From positions 27,866 to 91,865 of the forward strand of contig JAYSSS010000085.1 in the NCBI GenBank assembly GCA_043720415.1: a stretch of 64,000 nucleotides of DNA, given 5' to 3'. Under the pieces are notes generated by a model. The model was not told where the DNA came from. It saw nothing but the letters and a program-made list of their open reading frames with translations, and ran no database searches. Position 1 is the stretch's first letter, and every line of letters starts with the position of its first letter. The stretch is from Ideonella sp. (lineage in GTDB: Bacteria; Pseudomonadota; Gammaproteobacteria; Burkholderiales; Burkholderiaceae_C). Of this stretch, positions 20,004-28,838 are shown in pieces. The position numbers were made by a program, and so were the translations under genes.

Positions 20004-21389
20004 TCACTCCTCCTTCATCGAAGCGGCGATGCGCTTGGTCAAGGGGTGCATCAAATAGGTCAGCAGGCTGCGCTCGCCGGTGCGGATCAACACCTCGGCC
20101 GGCATGCCCGGCTGCAGTGTGCGCGCGCCCAGCGCCTTCAGGCCGGCTTCAGTGATGGCCACGCGGCCCAGGTAATAGGTCATGACGCCATTGCCGACCT
20201 GCTCGGACACGGCATCGGTGGACAGCGACACCAGCTTGCCATCGACCACCAACTGCGGCGAATCGGCAAAGCCCGAGAACCGGACCTCGGTCGGGTCGCC
20301 CGCGTGCACCTTGTCGATGATGTGCGTAGGCACCTTGGTGTCAAGCAGCAGCACCGCGCCAATGGGCACGATGTCCATCAGCTTTTGCCCGGGCGTGAGC
20401 ACGCTGCCCACGCCACTGACGCCCAGCCCCACCACCTGGCCATCGACCGGCGAGCGCACTTCCAGGCGCGACAGGTCGGTGTTGATGGCGACCAGCTTTT
20501 CCTGGTTGGCCTGCACCTCGCGGCGCACCTCGGCCAACTGGCCAGCGGCCTCTTTCAGGTAGTCCTGCTTGCGCAGGGCGATGCGCATGCGGGTCTCGGC
20601 CATCGAGGCCAGCAGGCGCTGGCCATTGGCCGTTAGGTCGGCCATGCCCGCGCGCAGCTCGGCCTGGGCCTGCTCCAGCTGCAGGGCCTGGTTGCGTGGC
20701 GCGAAACCGTCTTGCGCCAGCGACTTGACATTGGCCAGTTGCTCGGTCTGCAGGCTGGCCTGCTGCTGGCGGCTTTCCAGCATCAGGCCCAGGCCCTTGG
20801 CTTGCGCTTCCATGCCGTGGATGGACTCCTGCGCGGCCGCCACCTCGGCGGCCAGGGCGGCGCGGCGGGCGTTGAACTGCTGGGTCTGCACGCTCATGTG
20901 CAACCGGGCGTCGGCCTCGCTGGCCTTGTTCAAATCGGCATGGAAGGCGATGGCCGCGGCGCCCGAGAGCTCGGCCAGCAAACGGCTTTCCATGGCGCGC
21001 TGGGCGAGGTAGTTCTGCTGTATGGAATCGCGCACGGCGCGCGTCGTGCCGTCGTCCAGCACCAGCAGCACCTCGCCGGCCTTGACCTGCTGGCCTTCTT
21101 TGACCGGCAGTTGCTTGATGACGCCGCCTTGCAGGTGCTGGATGGCCTTGCGCCGGGTCTCGATGGACACCTGCGCCGGCGCCGAAACGCCTTCGTCCAG
21201 CGGCGCCAGCGCGGCCCAGGCCATGAACAGGCCAAAGCCCACCACCAGCACCCAAAAGCCCAGGCGTATGGGCGAGCGGGTGTCGGACTGGCGACTGAGG
21301 TCATCGACATCGGTGACCTCCGCGGCCGCGGCGCCTGCCGCAGCGCCGGCCATGGCGCTGGTCTTGCGGGGATCGAGGGTGGAGCTCAT
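20004..21389 (-). CDS. HlyD-family T1SS membrane fusion protein (PrtE/RsaE-like)
   Basis: WAALAPLDEGV, IQHLQGG, VRSPVDGQV, LQPGMPAEVLIRTGERS.LTYL. Confidence 0.95.
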   Translation of the reverse strand: MSSTLDPRKTSAMAGAAAGAAAAEVTDVDDLSRQSDTRSPIRLGFWVLVVGFGLFMAWAALAPLDEGVSAPAQVSIETRRKAIQHLQGGVIKQLPVKEGQQVKAGEVLLVLDDGTTRAVRDSIQQNYLAQRAMESRLLAELSGAAAIAFHADLNKASEADARLHMSVQTQQFNARRAALAAEVAAAQESIHGMEAQAKGLGLMLESRQQQASLQTEQLANVKSLAQDGFAPRNQALQLEQAQAELRAGMADLTANGQRLLASMAETRMRIALRKQDYLKEAAGQLAEVRREVQANQEKLVAINTDLSRLEVRSPVDGQVVGLGVSGVGSVLTPGQKLMDIVPIGAVLLLDTKVPTHIIDKVHAGDPTEVRFSGFADSPQLVVDGKLVSLSTDAVSEQVGNGVMTYYLGRVAITEAGLKALGARTLQPGMPAEVLIRTGERSLLTYLMHPLTKRIAASMKEE

Positions 21390-23248
21390 GCGGATGTCTT
21401 GGTCACAGGGGTGGAAGGGGTGGCCGGCGGGGACTGGCCCGGCGCGGCCGGCGTGGGCTGGCCAGTCGCGGCCGGCGTGAGGCGGCCGAGCTGGGTGATG
21501 GCGCCGTCTTGCAGCACCAGCACGCGATCGGCCACGGCCAGCATCTGGCGCTGGTGCACGACCATGAAGACGGTGCTGCCGCGCCGGCGCAAATCGGTGA
21601 CCGCGCGCGCCAGCGCCTGCTCACCGACATCGTCGAGGTTGGCATTGGGCTCGTCCAGCACCACCAGGCGCGGGTTGCCATACAGCGCCCGGGCCAGGCC
21701 GATGCGCTGGCGCTGGCCGCCCGAGAGCAGTTGGCCGGCCTCGCCCATGGGCGTGTCGTAGCCCTTGGGAAAACGCAGCACCATGTCATGGATGCCGGTG
21801 CGCGTGGCTGCGTCAATCACCTGTTGGGAATCGAGCTTGCCAAAGCGCGCGATGTTCTCGGCGATGCTGCCGTCGAAGAGCTCGATGTCCTGCGGCAGGT
21901 AGCCGATGTGCGGGCCCAGCACCTCACGCGGCCAGGCCGAGACGGGGTGGCCGTCGAGCAGCACCTGGCCCGACACCTGCGGCCAGATGCCGACGATGCA
22001 GCGCGCCAGGGTGGATTTGCCAGCACCCGAGGGGCCGACGATGGCGACCACCTCGCCGGCGACAAATTCGGCGTCCAGGCCCTTGAGGATGGGCGCCTTG
22101 CGGCCCTTGGCGCCGGCCTGCAGGCCACGCAGGCTGATCTGGCCCAGCACCTCGTCGCCGTGGGCTTGCTCGACGCGCGGCGGGTTCTCCTGCAGCAGGG
22201 TCTCCAGCCGGCCGTAGGACTGGCGCGCATCAATGAACTGGCGCCAGGTGCCCACCAGGGCGCCGATGGGGCGCAAGGCGTTGGTCACCAGCATGTTCGA
22301 CGCCACCATCGCGCCCACGCTGAGCTCACCCTTGATGACCAGCAAGGCGCCCAGGGCCAGCATCAGCGATTGCTGGCTGTATTGCACATACTTCACCACC
22401 GCCTGGGCGCGCTGCGCGGCATCGGTGGCCAGGCCCTGTGCGCCGACCTGCGCTTGATGCAAAGCCAACCACTGGCGGCGCAGATTGCCCAGCATGCCCA
22501 GGGCTTCGACCGTCTCGGCGTTGCGCAGCTTGCCGGCCAGGTAGGCATTGGTCTGCACCGCCTTGTCGCCGGCATCGGTCTGCTTTTTCGAGGTGAGCCA
22601 TCGCGCCCACAGCGCCAAGGCCAGCATCACCGCGCTGAAGCCTACGGCCGCCCAGCCCAGCCAGGGGTGCATCATGAACAACACGCCGATGTAGACCAGG
22701 GTCCAGGGCGTGTCGAACAGCGTGAACACGCCATTGCCGGTGAGGAATTGCCGCAGTTGCGCCAGATCGCTGAAGGCCTGCAGCGGCTTGGCCGCGCTGC
22801 CCTTCAAGCTGGCCTCGAAACTGGCACTGAACAGCATGCCATTGAGGCGCTCGTCAAAGGCCACACCGGCGCGCACCAGCAGGCGCGAGCGCACCCATTC
22901 GGCAAAGCCCATGACGGCAAAGAACAGCACCGCAATCAGCGTCAGGGCGATCAGCGTCAGGCCACTGCCGCTGAGCATCACGCGGTCAAACACCTGCAGC
23001 ATGTACAGCGAGGGCGTGAGCATCAGCAGGTTGGCAAAGGCGCTGAACACGCCCACCCAGACCAGCTCGCGGCGGAACATCCACAACGTGCGGCCCAGCG
23101 CGCTGCGGCGGAAGAAGCCGCCACGCGGGGCGGCGCTGTCTGTCGCCCCGGCCTTTGCCGGGGCCGCGCTGTCTGCCGCCCCGGCCTTTGCCGGCGCCGC
23201 GCTGCTGCGCATGGCCGCGCCGCTGTCCTGGCTCATGTCGGCGCTCAT
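21386..23248 (-). CDS. T1SS ABC permease/ATPase, PrtD family, copy 2
   Basis: YMLQVFDRV, GPSGAGKST, GYLPQDIELF, LSGGQRQRI, LDEPNANLD. Confidence 0.95.
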   Translation of the reverse strand: MSADMSQDSGAAMRSSAAPAKAGAADSAAPAKAGATDSAAPRGGFFRRSALGRTLWMFRRELVWVGVFSAFANLLMLTPSLYMLQVFDRVMLSGSGLTLIALTLIAVLFFAVMGFAEWVRSRLLVRAGVAFDERLNGMLFSASFEASLKGSAAKPLQAFSDLAQLRQFLTGNGVFTLFDTPWTLVYIGVLFMMHPWLGWAAVGFSAVMLALALWARWLTSKKQTDAGDKAVQTNAYLAGKLRNAETVEALGMLGNLRRQWLALHQAQVGAQGLATDAAQRAQAVVKYVQYSQQSLMLALGALLVIKGELSVGAMVASNMLVTNALRPIGALVGTWRQFIDARQSYGRLETLLQENPPRVEQAHGDEVLGQISLRGLQAGAKGRKAPILKGLDAEFVAGEVVAIVGPSGAGKSTLARCIVGIWPQVSGQVLLDGHPVSAWPREVLGPHIGYLPQDIELFDGSIAENIARFGKLDSQQVIDAATRTGIHDMVLRFPKGYDTPMGEAGQLLSGGQRQRIGLARALYGNPRLVVLDEPNANLDDVGEQALARAVTDLRRRGSTVFMVVHQRQMLAVADRVLVLQDGAITQLGRLTPAATGQPTPAAPGQSPPATPSTPVTKTSA

Positions 23249-25032
23249 GTTGCGCCTCCCGGGGCGCGCTGGCCCAGCAGGGGCGCGCCGGCGCTACCCG
23301 GGCCGCGCTTGACGGCGGCCTGCTGGGCCGCCTTCTGTGCGGCATCGCGAATGCCGGCCAGGACCTCGTCGCGGGGGCCAAAGGCCACGAGCTGGCCGTC
23401 TTGCAGGATCAACAGCTTGTCGCAGGCCGGCAGCACCGAGGTGCGGTGCGTGATCAGCATGACCGTGGCTCGGCGCTGCTTGAGCGCTTGCAGGGTGCGC
23501 ATCAAGGCCTGCTCACCGGCCTCGTCGAGGCTGGCATTGGGTTCGTCCAGCACCACCAGTTGGGGGTCACCATAGAGCGCCCGTGCCAGGGCCACGCGCT
23601 GGCGCTGGCCGCCGGAGAGCACCGCGCCATCGTCGCCAATGCGGGTGTCTTCGCGGTCCGGCAGGGCGTCGACAAACTCCTGCATGCCCACCAGTTGCAG
23701 GGCACGCTGCACGCCCTCGCGATCGACCGGGCCGAAGCGCGCCACGTTCTCGGCCAGGGTGCCGTCAAACAGCTCCACGCCCTGCGGCAGATAGCCCAGG
23801 TGCGGGCCCAGCTCGGCCTTGTTCCAGCTGCTCACGTCCACGCCGTCCAGGCGCACCTTGCCGGCCAGGGTCGGCCACAGCCCGACCACCAGGCGCGCCA
23901 GGGTGGTCTTGCCGCAGGCCGAAGGCCCGATCACCGCCACCACTTCGCCGGGCTGCACCGCAAAGCTCAGGCCCTTGATGATGGGCAGGCCACTGCCGGG
24001 CGCGCTGGCGGCGATGGCCTCGACGCTGAGCACACCCTTGGGCGCCGGCAGGGCCATGGCCGCAGGGCGCTCGGGCATGGCGCGCAGCAAGGTGTCCAGG
24101 CGCGTGTAAGCGTCACGCGCTTGCACCACCGAGCGCCAGTGCAGCACCAGCGTGGCCAGCGGCGTGAGCACGCGCCCCCCCAGCACCGAGGCCACGATCA
24201 TCATGCCGCCGCCGCCGGCCAGGCTGTCGGTCAAGGCCAGCCAGCACGACGCGCCCAGCACCAGCGAGCCCAGCAGCTGCTGCAGCACCTTGGAGGCCGC
24301 GTTGTTCAGCCCGCCGATGTCCGAGGCCTGCGCCTGCCGCGTGAGCATGCGCCGCTGCCGTCCCAGCCAGCGCTGGTGGATGTGGCCCAGCATGCCCATG
24401 GCCTCGATCACCTGGGCGTTGCGCAGGCCGCTGGCGGCATAGGCCTGAGCTTCCATCGAGGCGCGATTGGCCTCGGTCAAGGCCGGCATGGTGCGCTTCT
24501 CGGTGGACACGGCGATCAGCACCTGCACCAGCGCCCCCACCAGGGTGAGCACGCCCAGCCAGGGGTGGATGGCGAACACCAGGGCCAGGAAGACCAGCGA
24601 GGCCGGCGTGTCGGCCATGGCGGTGATGGCGGGCGAGGCAATGAACTCGCGCAGCGTGCGCAAATCGGTGAACAACTGCAGGTTGCCACCGGGCAGGCGG
24701 CGCAGATTGGCCTCGAAAACAGCATCGAACAAGCGCGTGCGCAGTTGGGCGTCGATGGCATCACCGGCCTGGTTGAGCAGGCGCCCGCGTATCCAGTCCA
24801 GCAGCTCCATGACGACGTAGCAGCCCAGCACCATCACCACCAGCATCAGCAGGGTGCGCTCACTGCGGCTGTTGACCACGCGGTCGTAGACCTCCAGCAT
24901 GAACCAGGTGGGCACCAGCACCAGCAGGCTGGTGACGAGGCTGAAGAAGGCGACGCGCTTGAACAGCGGCATCTGCTCGCGCAACACCGTGTGCAAAACG
25001 GCTTGCCCGCCGGTGGCTGGGGACGGCGTCAT
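23245..25032 (-). CDS. T1SS ABC permease/ATPase, PrtD family, copy 1
   Basis: FMLEVYDRV, GPSACGKTT, LSGGQRQRV, LDEPNASLD; ATG 25032 overlaps the upstream TGA. Confidence 0.95.
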   Translation of the reverse strand: MTPSPATGGQAVLHTVLREQMPLFKRVAFFSLVTSLLVLVPTWFMLEVYDRVVNSRSERTLLMLVVMVLGCYVVMELLDWIRGRLLNQAGDAIDAQLRTRLFDAVFEANLRRLPGGNLQLFTDLRTLREFIASPAITAMADTPASLVFLALVFAIHPWLGVLTLVGALVQVLIAVSTEKRTMPALTEANRASMEAQAYAASGLRNAQVIEAMGMLGHIHQRWLGRQRRMLTRQAQASDIGGLNNAASKVLQQLLGSLVLGASCWLALTDSLAGGGGMMIVASVLGGRVLTPLATLVLHWRSVVQARDAYTRLDTLLRAMPERPAAMALPAPKGVLSVEAIAASAPGSGLPIIKGLSFAVQPGEVVAVIGPSACGKTTLARLVVGLWPTLAGKVRLDGVDVSSWNKAELGPHLGYLPQGVELFDGTLAENVARFGPVDREGVQRALQLVGMQEFVDALPDREDTRIGDDGAVLSGGQRQRVALARALYGDPQLVVLDEPNASLDEAGEQALMRTLQALKQRRATVMLITHRTSVLPACDKLLILQDGQLVAFGPRDEVLAGIRDAAQKAAQQAAVKRGPGSAGAPLLGQRAPGGAT

Positions 25033-25709
25033 GGGCGGGCTTCCTGAAGACCTGTGGGCGGGGTGTAGAGCGGCATGGTCAAGGCGGTGGGAGTGGGGTC
25101 TGGCGCATCGGCGAGGACGACCACGTACTCGGGCCAATCGTCCAGCTGGGTGCTGTCTGTGGATTCCGCCACGGCACCCCCGGCGGCCAGATCGTCGAAC
25201 GAGAAGGTGAGTGCGTACTTGGTGGCAGCGCCAGTGAGAACGATCTCGCGCAGCTTGGCGTCGCGGAAGCGGCGCTCGTCTTCGGCCGACACATTGAGGG
25301 CAAAACGCATGCGGCCATCCAGTGTGAACAGCGACACCTGGCCTTGCTTCAGGCTCAAGGTGTGCCGATCAAAGTAGACCGGCGCATGCTCGGCAAACTG
25401 CAAGGTCGGCAATGGCCGTGCGCCCAGCCGGGCGGGGCAAAACGGGCTGGACGGGTGTTGGTAGATCACGCGCGCGGTGCGCGATACCGAGTAAATGGCG
25501 TTGCACACCATCTGCGAGCCCAGGCCGGGGAAGCGCTCACGCAGTTGTTTGTAGGCCATGTGGTGCAGCGCCACGCGGTTCCAGCAGCGGGTTTGTTGCA
25601 CCATCGGCGACAAGACATTGCAGGCCTGCGCAAACATGCGCTGCAGCGCGTCAAGCCGGGCCAACAGCTCCGGTGAAGCGTGCAATGCGATGCGGACGCT
25701 GCTTTTCAT
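25029..25709 (-). CDS. TnpB-derived protein (N-terminal WED/REC region only; no RuvC, no zinc finger)
   Basis: CN..CWNRVALHH.AY, LGSQMVCNAIYSV, VYFDRHTLSLK, SLFTLDGRM, REIVL and Y.LTF match the N-terminal half of an IS200/IS605 TnpB subgroup as I recall it; similarity ends where RuvC-I (hGhDhG) would begin. Confidence 0.78.
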   Translation of the reverse strand: MKSSVRIALHASPELLARLDALQRMFAQACNVLSPMVQQTRCWNRVALHHMAYKQLRERFPGLGSQMVCNAIYSVSRTARVIYQHPSSPFCPARLGARPLPTLQFAEHAPVYFDRHTLSLKQGQVSLFTLDGRMRFALNVSAEDERRFRDAKLREIVLTGAATKYALTFSFDDLAAGGAVAESTDSTQLDDWPEYVVVLADAPDPTPTALTMPLYTPPTGLQEARP

Positions 25710-25750
25710 ATAGGAGGCGGATGCTAACAGCTCCTATATGAATAATTCAA
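25705..25750 (-). promoter_or_regulatory. Promoter of the T1SS operon overlapped by a perfect 12-bp inverted repeat (putative operator)
   Basis: TTCATATAGGAG (25705-25716), N14, CTCCTATATGAA (25731-25742); minus-strand TTGAAT (25750-25745), N18, extended TGnTAGCAT (-10 at 25726-25721). Confidence 0.7.
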
Positions 25751-25819
25751 GGCCTTTGATGGCCTATGCTTGCGCCCGGCACCGGCACCGCAGGACCGCG
25801 CCAGGAAGCGCCCAACACC

Positions 25820-26335
25820 ATGCACCAGATCATCAAACTGACCCCGAGCTACGACCGTGTCGAGGACCGGCTGCAAATGCTGGTGCAGACCAAGGCCGGC
25901 GCCGTGCTGGCCTTCTGGTTGACCCAGCGCCTGGCCAGCCAGGTGGTGCTGGCCATGGCCAAGTGGCTGGAAGATGAGGTCAAAGGCATGTCGGCCGGCC
26001 GCAACGACCCGCAACTGCATGCCTTCGAGCAAGGCGCGGCGATGGCCCGCCACCAGGTGCAGCCACCTGTTTCACCGCAGTTGGCCAAGGCCTGCGGTCT
26101 GGTCGACCGGGTGGATCTGTCGCGCAATGGCCAGCGCTACATGCTCAATGTGGTGGCCCGCTCGGGTGAATCCGCGCGCATGCATGCCGGCGCGGCCGAG
26201 GCCCGGCAGTTGCTGGCGATCATTCAGCGCATGTACCGCAGCGCGGGCTGGAACACCGCGCACTGGCCACGCTGGCTGGCCGAGACCGCGGCCGCACCCA
26301 ACCCCGACCCCGCAGCGCGCAGCGCCCTGCACTGA
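25820..26335 (+). CDS. Hypothetical protein, divergent from the TnpB-like gene
   Basis: Typical codon usage, AGGA SD before ATG 25820; SYDRVEDRL..FWLTQRL..W..W motif pattern. Confidence 0.75.
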   Translation: MHQIIKLTPSYDRVEDRLQMLVQTKAGAVLAFWLTQRLASQVVLAMAKWLEDEVKGMSAGRNDPQLHAFEQGAAMARHQVQPPVSPQLAKACGLVDRVDLSRNGQRYMLNVVARSGESARMHAGAAEARQLLAIIQRMYRSAGWNTAHWPRWLAETAAAPNPDPAARSALH

Positions 26336-26346
26336 GGCTTGGGCCT

Positions 26347-27582
26347 TCAGTGCGCCAGTGAGGCCAGGTTGTCCACCCACGCCGCCTGCCTGGGCAGACA
26401 GATGCTGCGCAGGTCATAGCGCGACACCGCCAACTGCCGCGCCTGCGTGCCCAGGCGCAGGCGTGTGGCGGGTGACTCCAGCAACTCGCAGACCTCATCG
26501 ACCAGGCGTTGGCGATCAAAAAACGGCACCAGTCGCCCGGTTTGGTCGTGCAAGATGGCCTCGTGCAGCGGTTGCGTGTCACTGGCGACGATGGCGCATC
26601 CCGCGCTCATGGCTTCGAGCAGGCTCCAGCTGAGCACGAAGGGATAGGTCAGGTAGACGTGGACGGTGGACAACTGCAGCAGCGGCACAAACTGGTTGTA
26701 GGGCAGGTTGCCCAGGAAGTGCACGCGCTGGGTGTCGATGTGCTCACTCACCTCGGAGAAAAACATCTCGCGCCAGGTCTTGCCCGCAGGCGCCGGCGCG
26801 CCATAGCTCACCCCCGTGCCGCCGACGATGAGCACCTGCGCCTTGGGCCGGCGCCGCAGCAACTCAGGCAGGGCGCGCATGAAGACGTGGTAGCCGCGAT
26901 AGGGCTCGAGGTTGCGGTTGACGAAGGTGATGACCTCGTCCTGGCGCGTCAGCGTCAGGCCATTGCCAAGCGTCAAGCTGACCTTGGGGTTGGGTCGCAG
27001 CAGATCGGTGTCGATGCCGTCGTGAATGACATTGATGCGCGAGCGAAACGCCGGCGGGAAGGTGCTGGCCTGCCACTGCGTGGGTGACAGGCCCGCATCG
27101 GCGACCTCGAAGTGCATGCCGTTGTTGACGTTCTTGAGTTGCAGTCGGCAGGCGTCGCCCTCGGGATCGCGCACCGGAAACTCAGGGTCGAAGTTGTTGT
27201 CCGCGCCATGCAGTTGGTAGAAAAACTCGCAGTAGATGCCCAGCCGCGCCTTGGGCCACACCTCTTTCAGGAACATGCTCTCGCCCCAGCCCGGATGGGC
27301 CACGATGACATCGGGCGTGAAGCCCGATTTGCGCAGCCTGAGCGCCGTGCGCAAGGAGGCCTCGGCGCGGATGATCTTGGCCTCCAGGTCGATCACCCAG
27401 GGGTGCAATCCGGGCGCCGATCCGCAGCGCGGCCGTGAGCGCACCAGCTCGATCTTTTCCAGGCCGTTGCCCTTGGCGGCGTTCATCGACATGGCGACCA
27501 CGCGGTGGCCCCGGCTGGCCAGCTCGGGGGCCAGGTGCTTGTATTGGCCCGGGAAATTCTGGTGGACGAAAAGAATGTTCAT
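26347..27582 (-). CDS. Glycosyltransferase family 4
   Basis: MNILFVHQNFPGQY, AHPGWGE, RNLEPYRG, YPFVLSWSLLEAMSAG. Confidence 0.92.
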   Translation of the reverse strand: MNILFVHQNFPGQYKHLAPELASRGHRVVAMSMNAAKGNGLEKIELVRSRPRCGSAPGLHPWVIDLEAKIIRAEASLRTALRLRKSGFTPDVIVAHPGWGESMFLKEVWPKARLGIYCEFFYQLHGADNNFDPEFPVRDPEGDACRLQLKNVNNGMHFEVADAGLSPTQWQASTFPPAFRSRINVIHDGIDTDLLRPNPKVSLTLGNGLTLTRQDEVITFVNRNLEPYRGYHVFMRALPELLRRRPKAQVLIVGGTGVSYGAPAPAGKTWREMFFSEVSEHIDTQRVHFLGNLPYNQFVPLLQLSTVHVYLTYPFVLSWSLLEAMSAGCAIVASDTQPLHEAILHDQTGRLVPFFDRQRLVDEVCELLESPATRLRLGTQARQLAVSRYDLRSICLPRQAAWVDNLASLAH

Positions 27583-28751
27583 GTCGGGGTGCTGAGGATG
27601 TCGCGCAGGGCGCTGGTGATGCGCAGGGCCTGCGCCGGGCTGGTGTGTGCGGCAAAGGGCAGGCTCAATGTCGCGCGGCCGCGTGTCGTCGCATGCGGCG
27701 TGTGTTCCGGCCGCCAGCCCAGGTGCTGCTGGTAGTAGCTGTGTTCGGGCAGCGCGCGGTAGTGCACGCCGGCGCCGATGCGCCTATCCATCAGGCCTTG
27801 CAGCACGGCGTCGCGTTCATGTCCGCAGCGCTGGGCGTCGATGCCCACGGTGAACAGGTGCCGGGCATGGCGCGATCCCGGCCCAGCCTCGGGCGGCAGA
27901 TCAATGGGCAAGTCGCCCAGCGCCTGGCGGTACTGCTGCCACAGCCGGTCGCGAGCCTGCCAGTTGGTCTCCACCCGGGCAAGCTGGTGCAGGCCGATGG
28001 CGGCTTGCAGATCCATCATGTTGTATTTGAAGCCGCAGGCCACCACGTCGTAATGCCGCCAACCGCTGCTGCTGAAGCGCTTCCAGGCATCGGCACTCAT
28101 GCCGTGCAGTGCCAGCATGCGCACGCGCTGCGCGCTTTCGGTGTCGGGGGCGATGAGCATCCCGCCCTCGCCACTGGTGACGTTCTTGGTGACATAAAAG
28201 CTGAAGGCGGCGTAGTCGCCCAGAGTGCCCGCGGCCTGCCCCTGCCAGCTGGCCTCGACGGCGTGCGCGCAGTCCTCGATGATCAACAGGCCATGCGCCG
28301 TGGCAAGGCTGCGCAGACGCGTCATGTCACAGACCAGCCCGGCAAAGTGCACCGGGACGATGGCCCGCGTGCGTGGTGTGATGGCTTGCGCCACGCAGCG
28401 CGGATCGATGTTCATGGTGAGTGCATCGATGTCGGCCAGCACCGGCGTGGCCCCGGCGTGCAAGATGGCATTGACGGTCGCGGCAAAGGTCAAGGGCGTG
28501 GTGATGACCTCGTCGCCCGGGCCTATGCCGCCAGCGACGAGCGCCAGGTGCAGCGCGGCGGTGCATGAATTGAGCGCCACCACACGCTCGGCCGGCAAGC
28601 CCTTGTAAGCCGCGAAGGCCTGCTCGAAGGCCGCCGTGCGCGGGCCGGTGCCCAGCCAGCCTTCGGCCAGGACGGCGTTGACCTCCGTGATCTCCGCCGC
28701 GCCAATGTCGGGCGCCCCGAAGGTGATGAAAGGCGGGGCGTCAGCGCTCAT
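27579..28751 (-). CDS. DegT/DnrJ/EryC1/StrS sugar aminotransferase
   Basis: NSCTAALHL, IIEDCAHA, FSFYVTKN (PLP Lys), GFKYNM. Confidence 0.93.
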   Translation of the reverse strand: MSADAPPFITFGAPDIGAAEITEVNAVLAEGWLGTGPRTAAFEQAFAAYKGLPAERVVALNSCTAALHLALVAGGIGPGDEVITTPLTFAATVNAILHAGATPVLADIDALTMNIDPRCVAQAITPRTRAIVPVHFAGLVCDMTRLRSLATAHGLLIIEDCAHAVEASWQGQAAGTLGDYAAFSFYVTKNVTSGEGGMLIAPDTESAQRVRMLALHGMSADAWKRFSSSGWRHYDVVACGFKYNMMDLQAAIGLHQLARVETNWQARDRLWQQYRQALGDLPIDLPPEAGPGSRHARHLFTVGIDAQRCGHERDAVLQGLMDRRIGAGVHYRALPEHSYYQQHLGWRPEHTPHATTRGRATLSLPFAAHTSPAQALRITSALRDILSTPT

Positions 28752-28838
28752 GTTGGAGGCGCAAAGCGCTCATGCTGCGGGCGCAAAGCGCTCATGCTGC
28801 GGGCGCCGAGCGCTCGTGTTGCAGGCGCCGAGCGCTCA
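28744..28838. repeat. 22-bp tandem repeat, about 4.3 copies, filling the intergenic gap
   Basis: gcgctcatgttggaggcgcaaa|gcgctcatgctgcgggcgcaaa|gcgctcatgctgcgggcgccga|gcgctcgtgttgcaggcgccga|gcgctca. Confidence 0.9.

Noticed and set aside
17942-25047. Long plus-strand ORFs (737, 688, 630 aa) and similar ORFs elsewhere (e.g. 56..1414, 33391..35220, 56474..58033)
   Set aside because: Antisense shadows of well-supported genes in GC-rich DNA with no recognisable motifs.
25721-25741. Mini-ORF MLTAPI behind AGGAGG on the plus strand, and ORF 25738..25977
   Set aside because: SD spacing is only 3 nt; it is explained as a by-product of the inverted repeat, and the longer ORF overlaps the better 25820 gene out of frame.
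24900-25820. Intact IS200/IS605 element or active TnpB nuclease
   Set aside because: No tnpA, no RuvC or zinc finger, no room for a right end (gene overlaps prtD1), and I could not recognise an omega-RNA by eye.
28744-28838. 22-bp repeats as a CRISPR array or guide array for the TnpB-like protein
   Set aside because: Units are contiguous with no unique spacers, and no cas genes are in the window.
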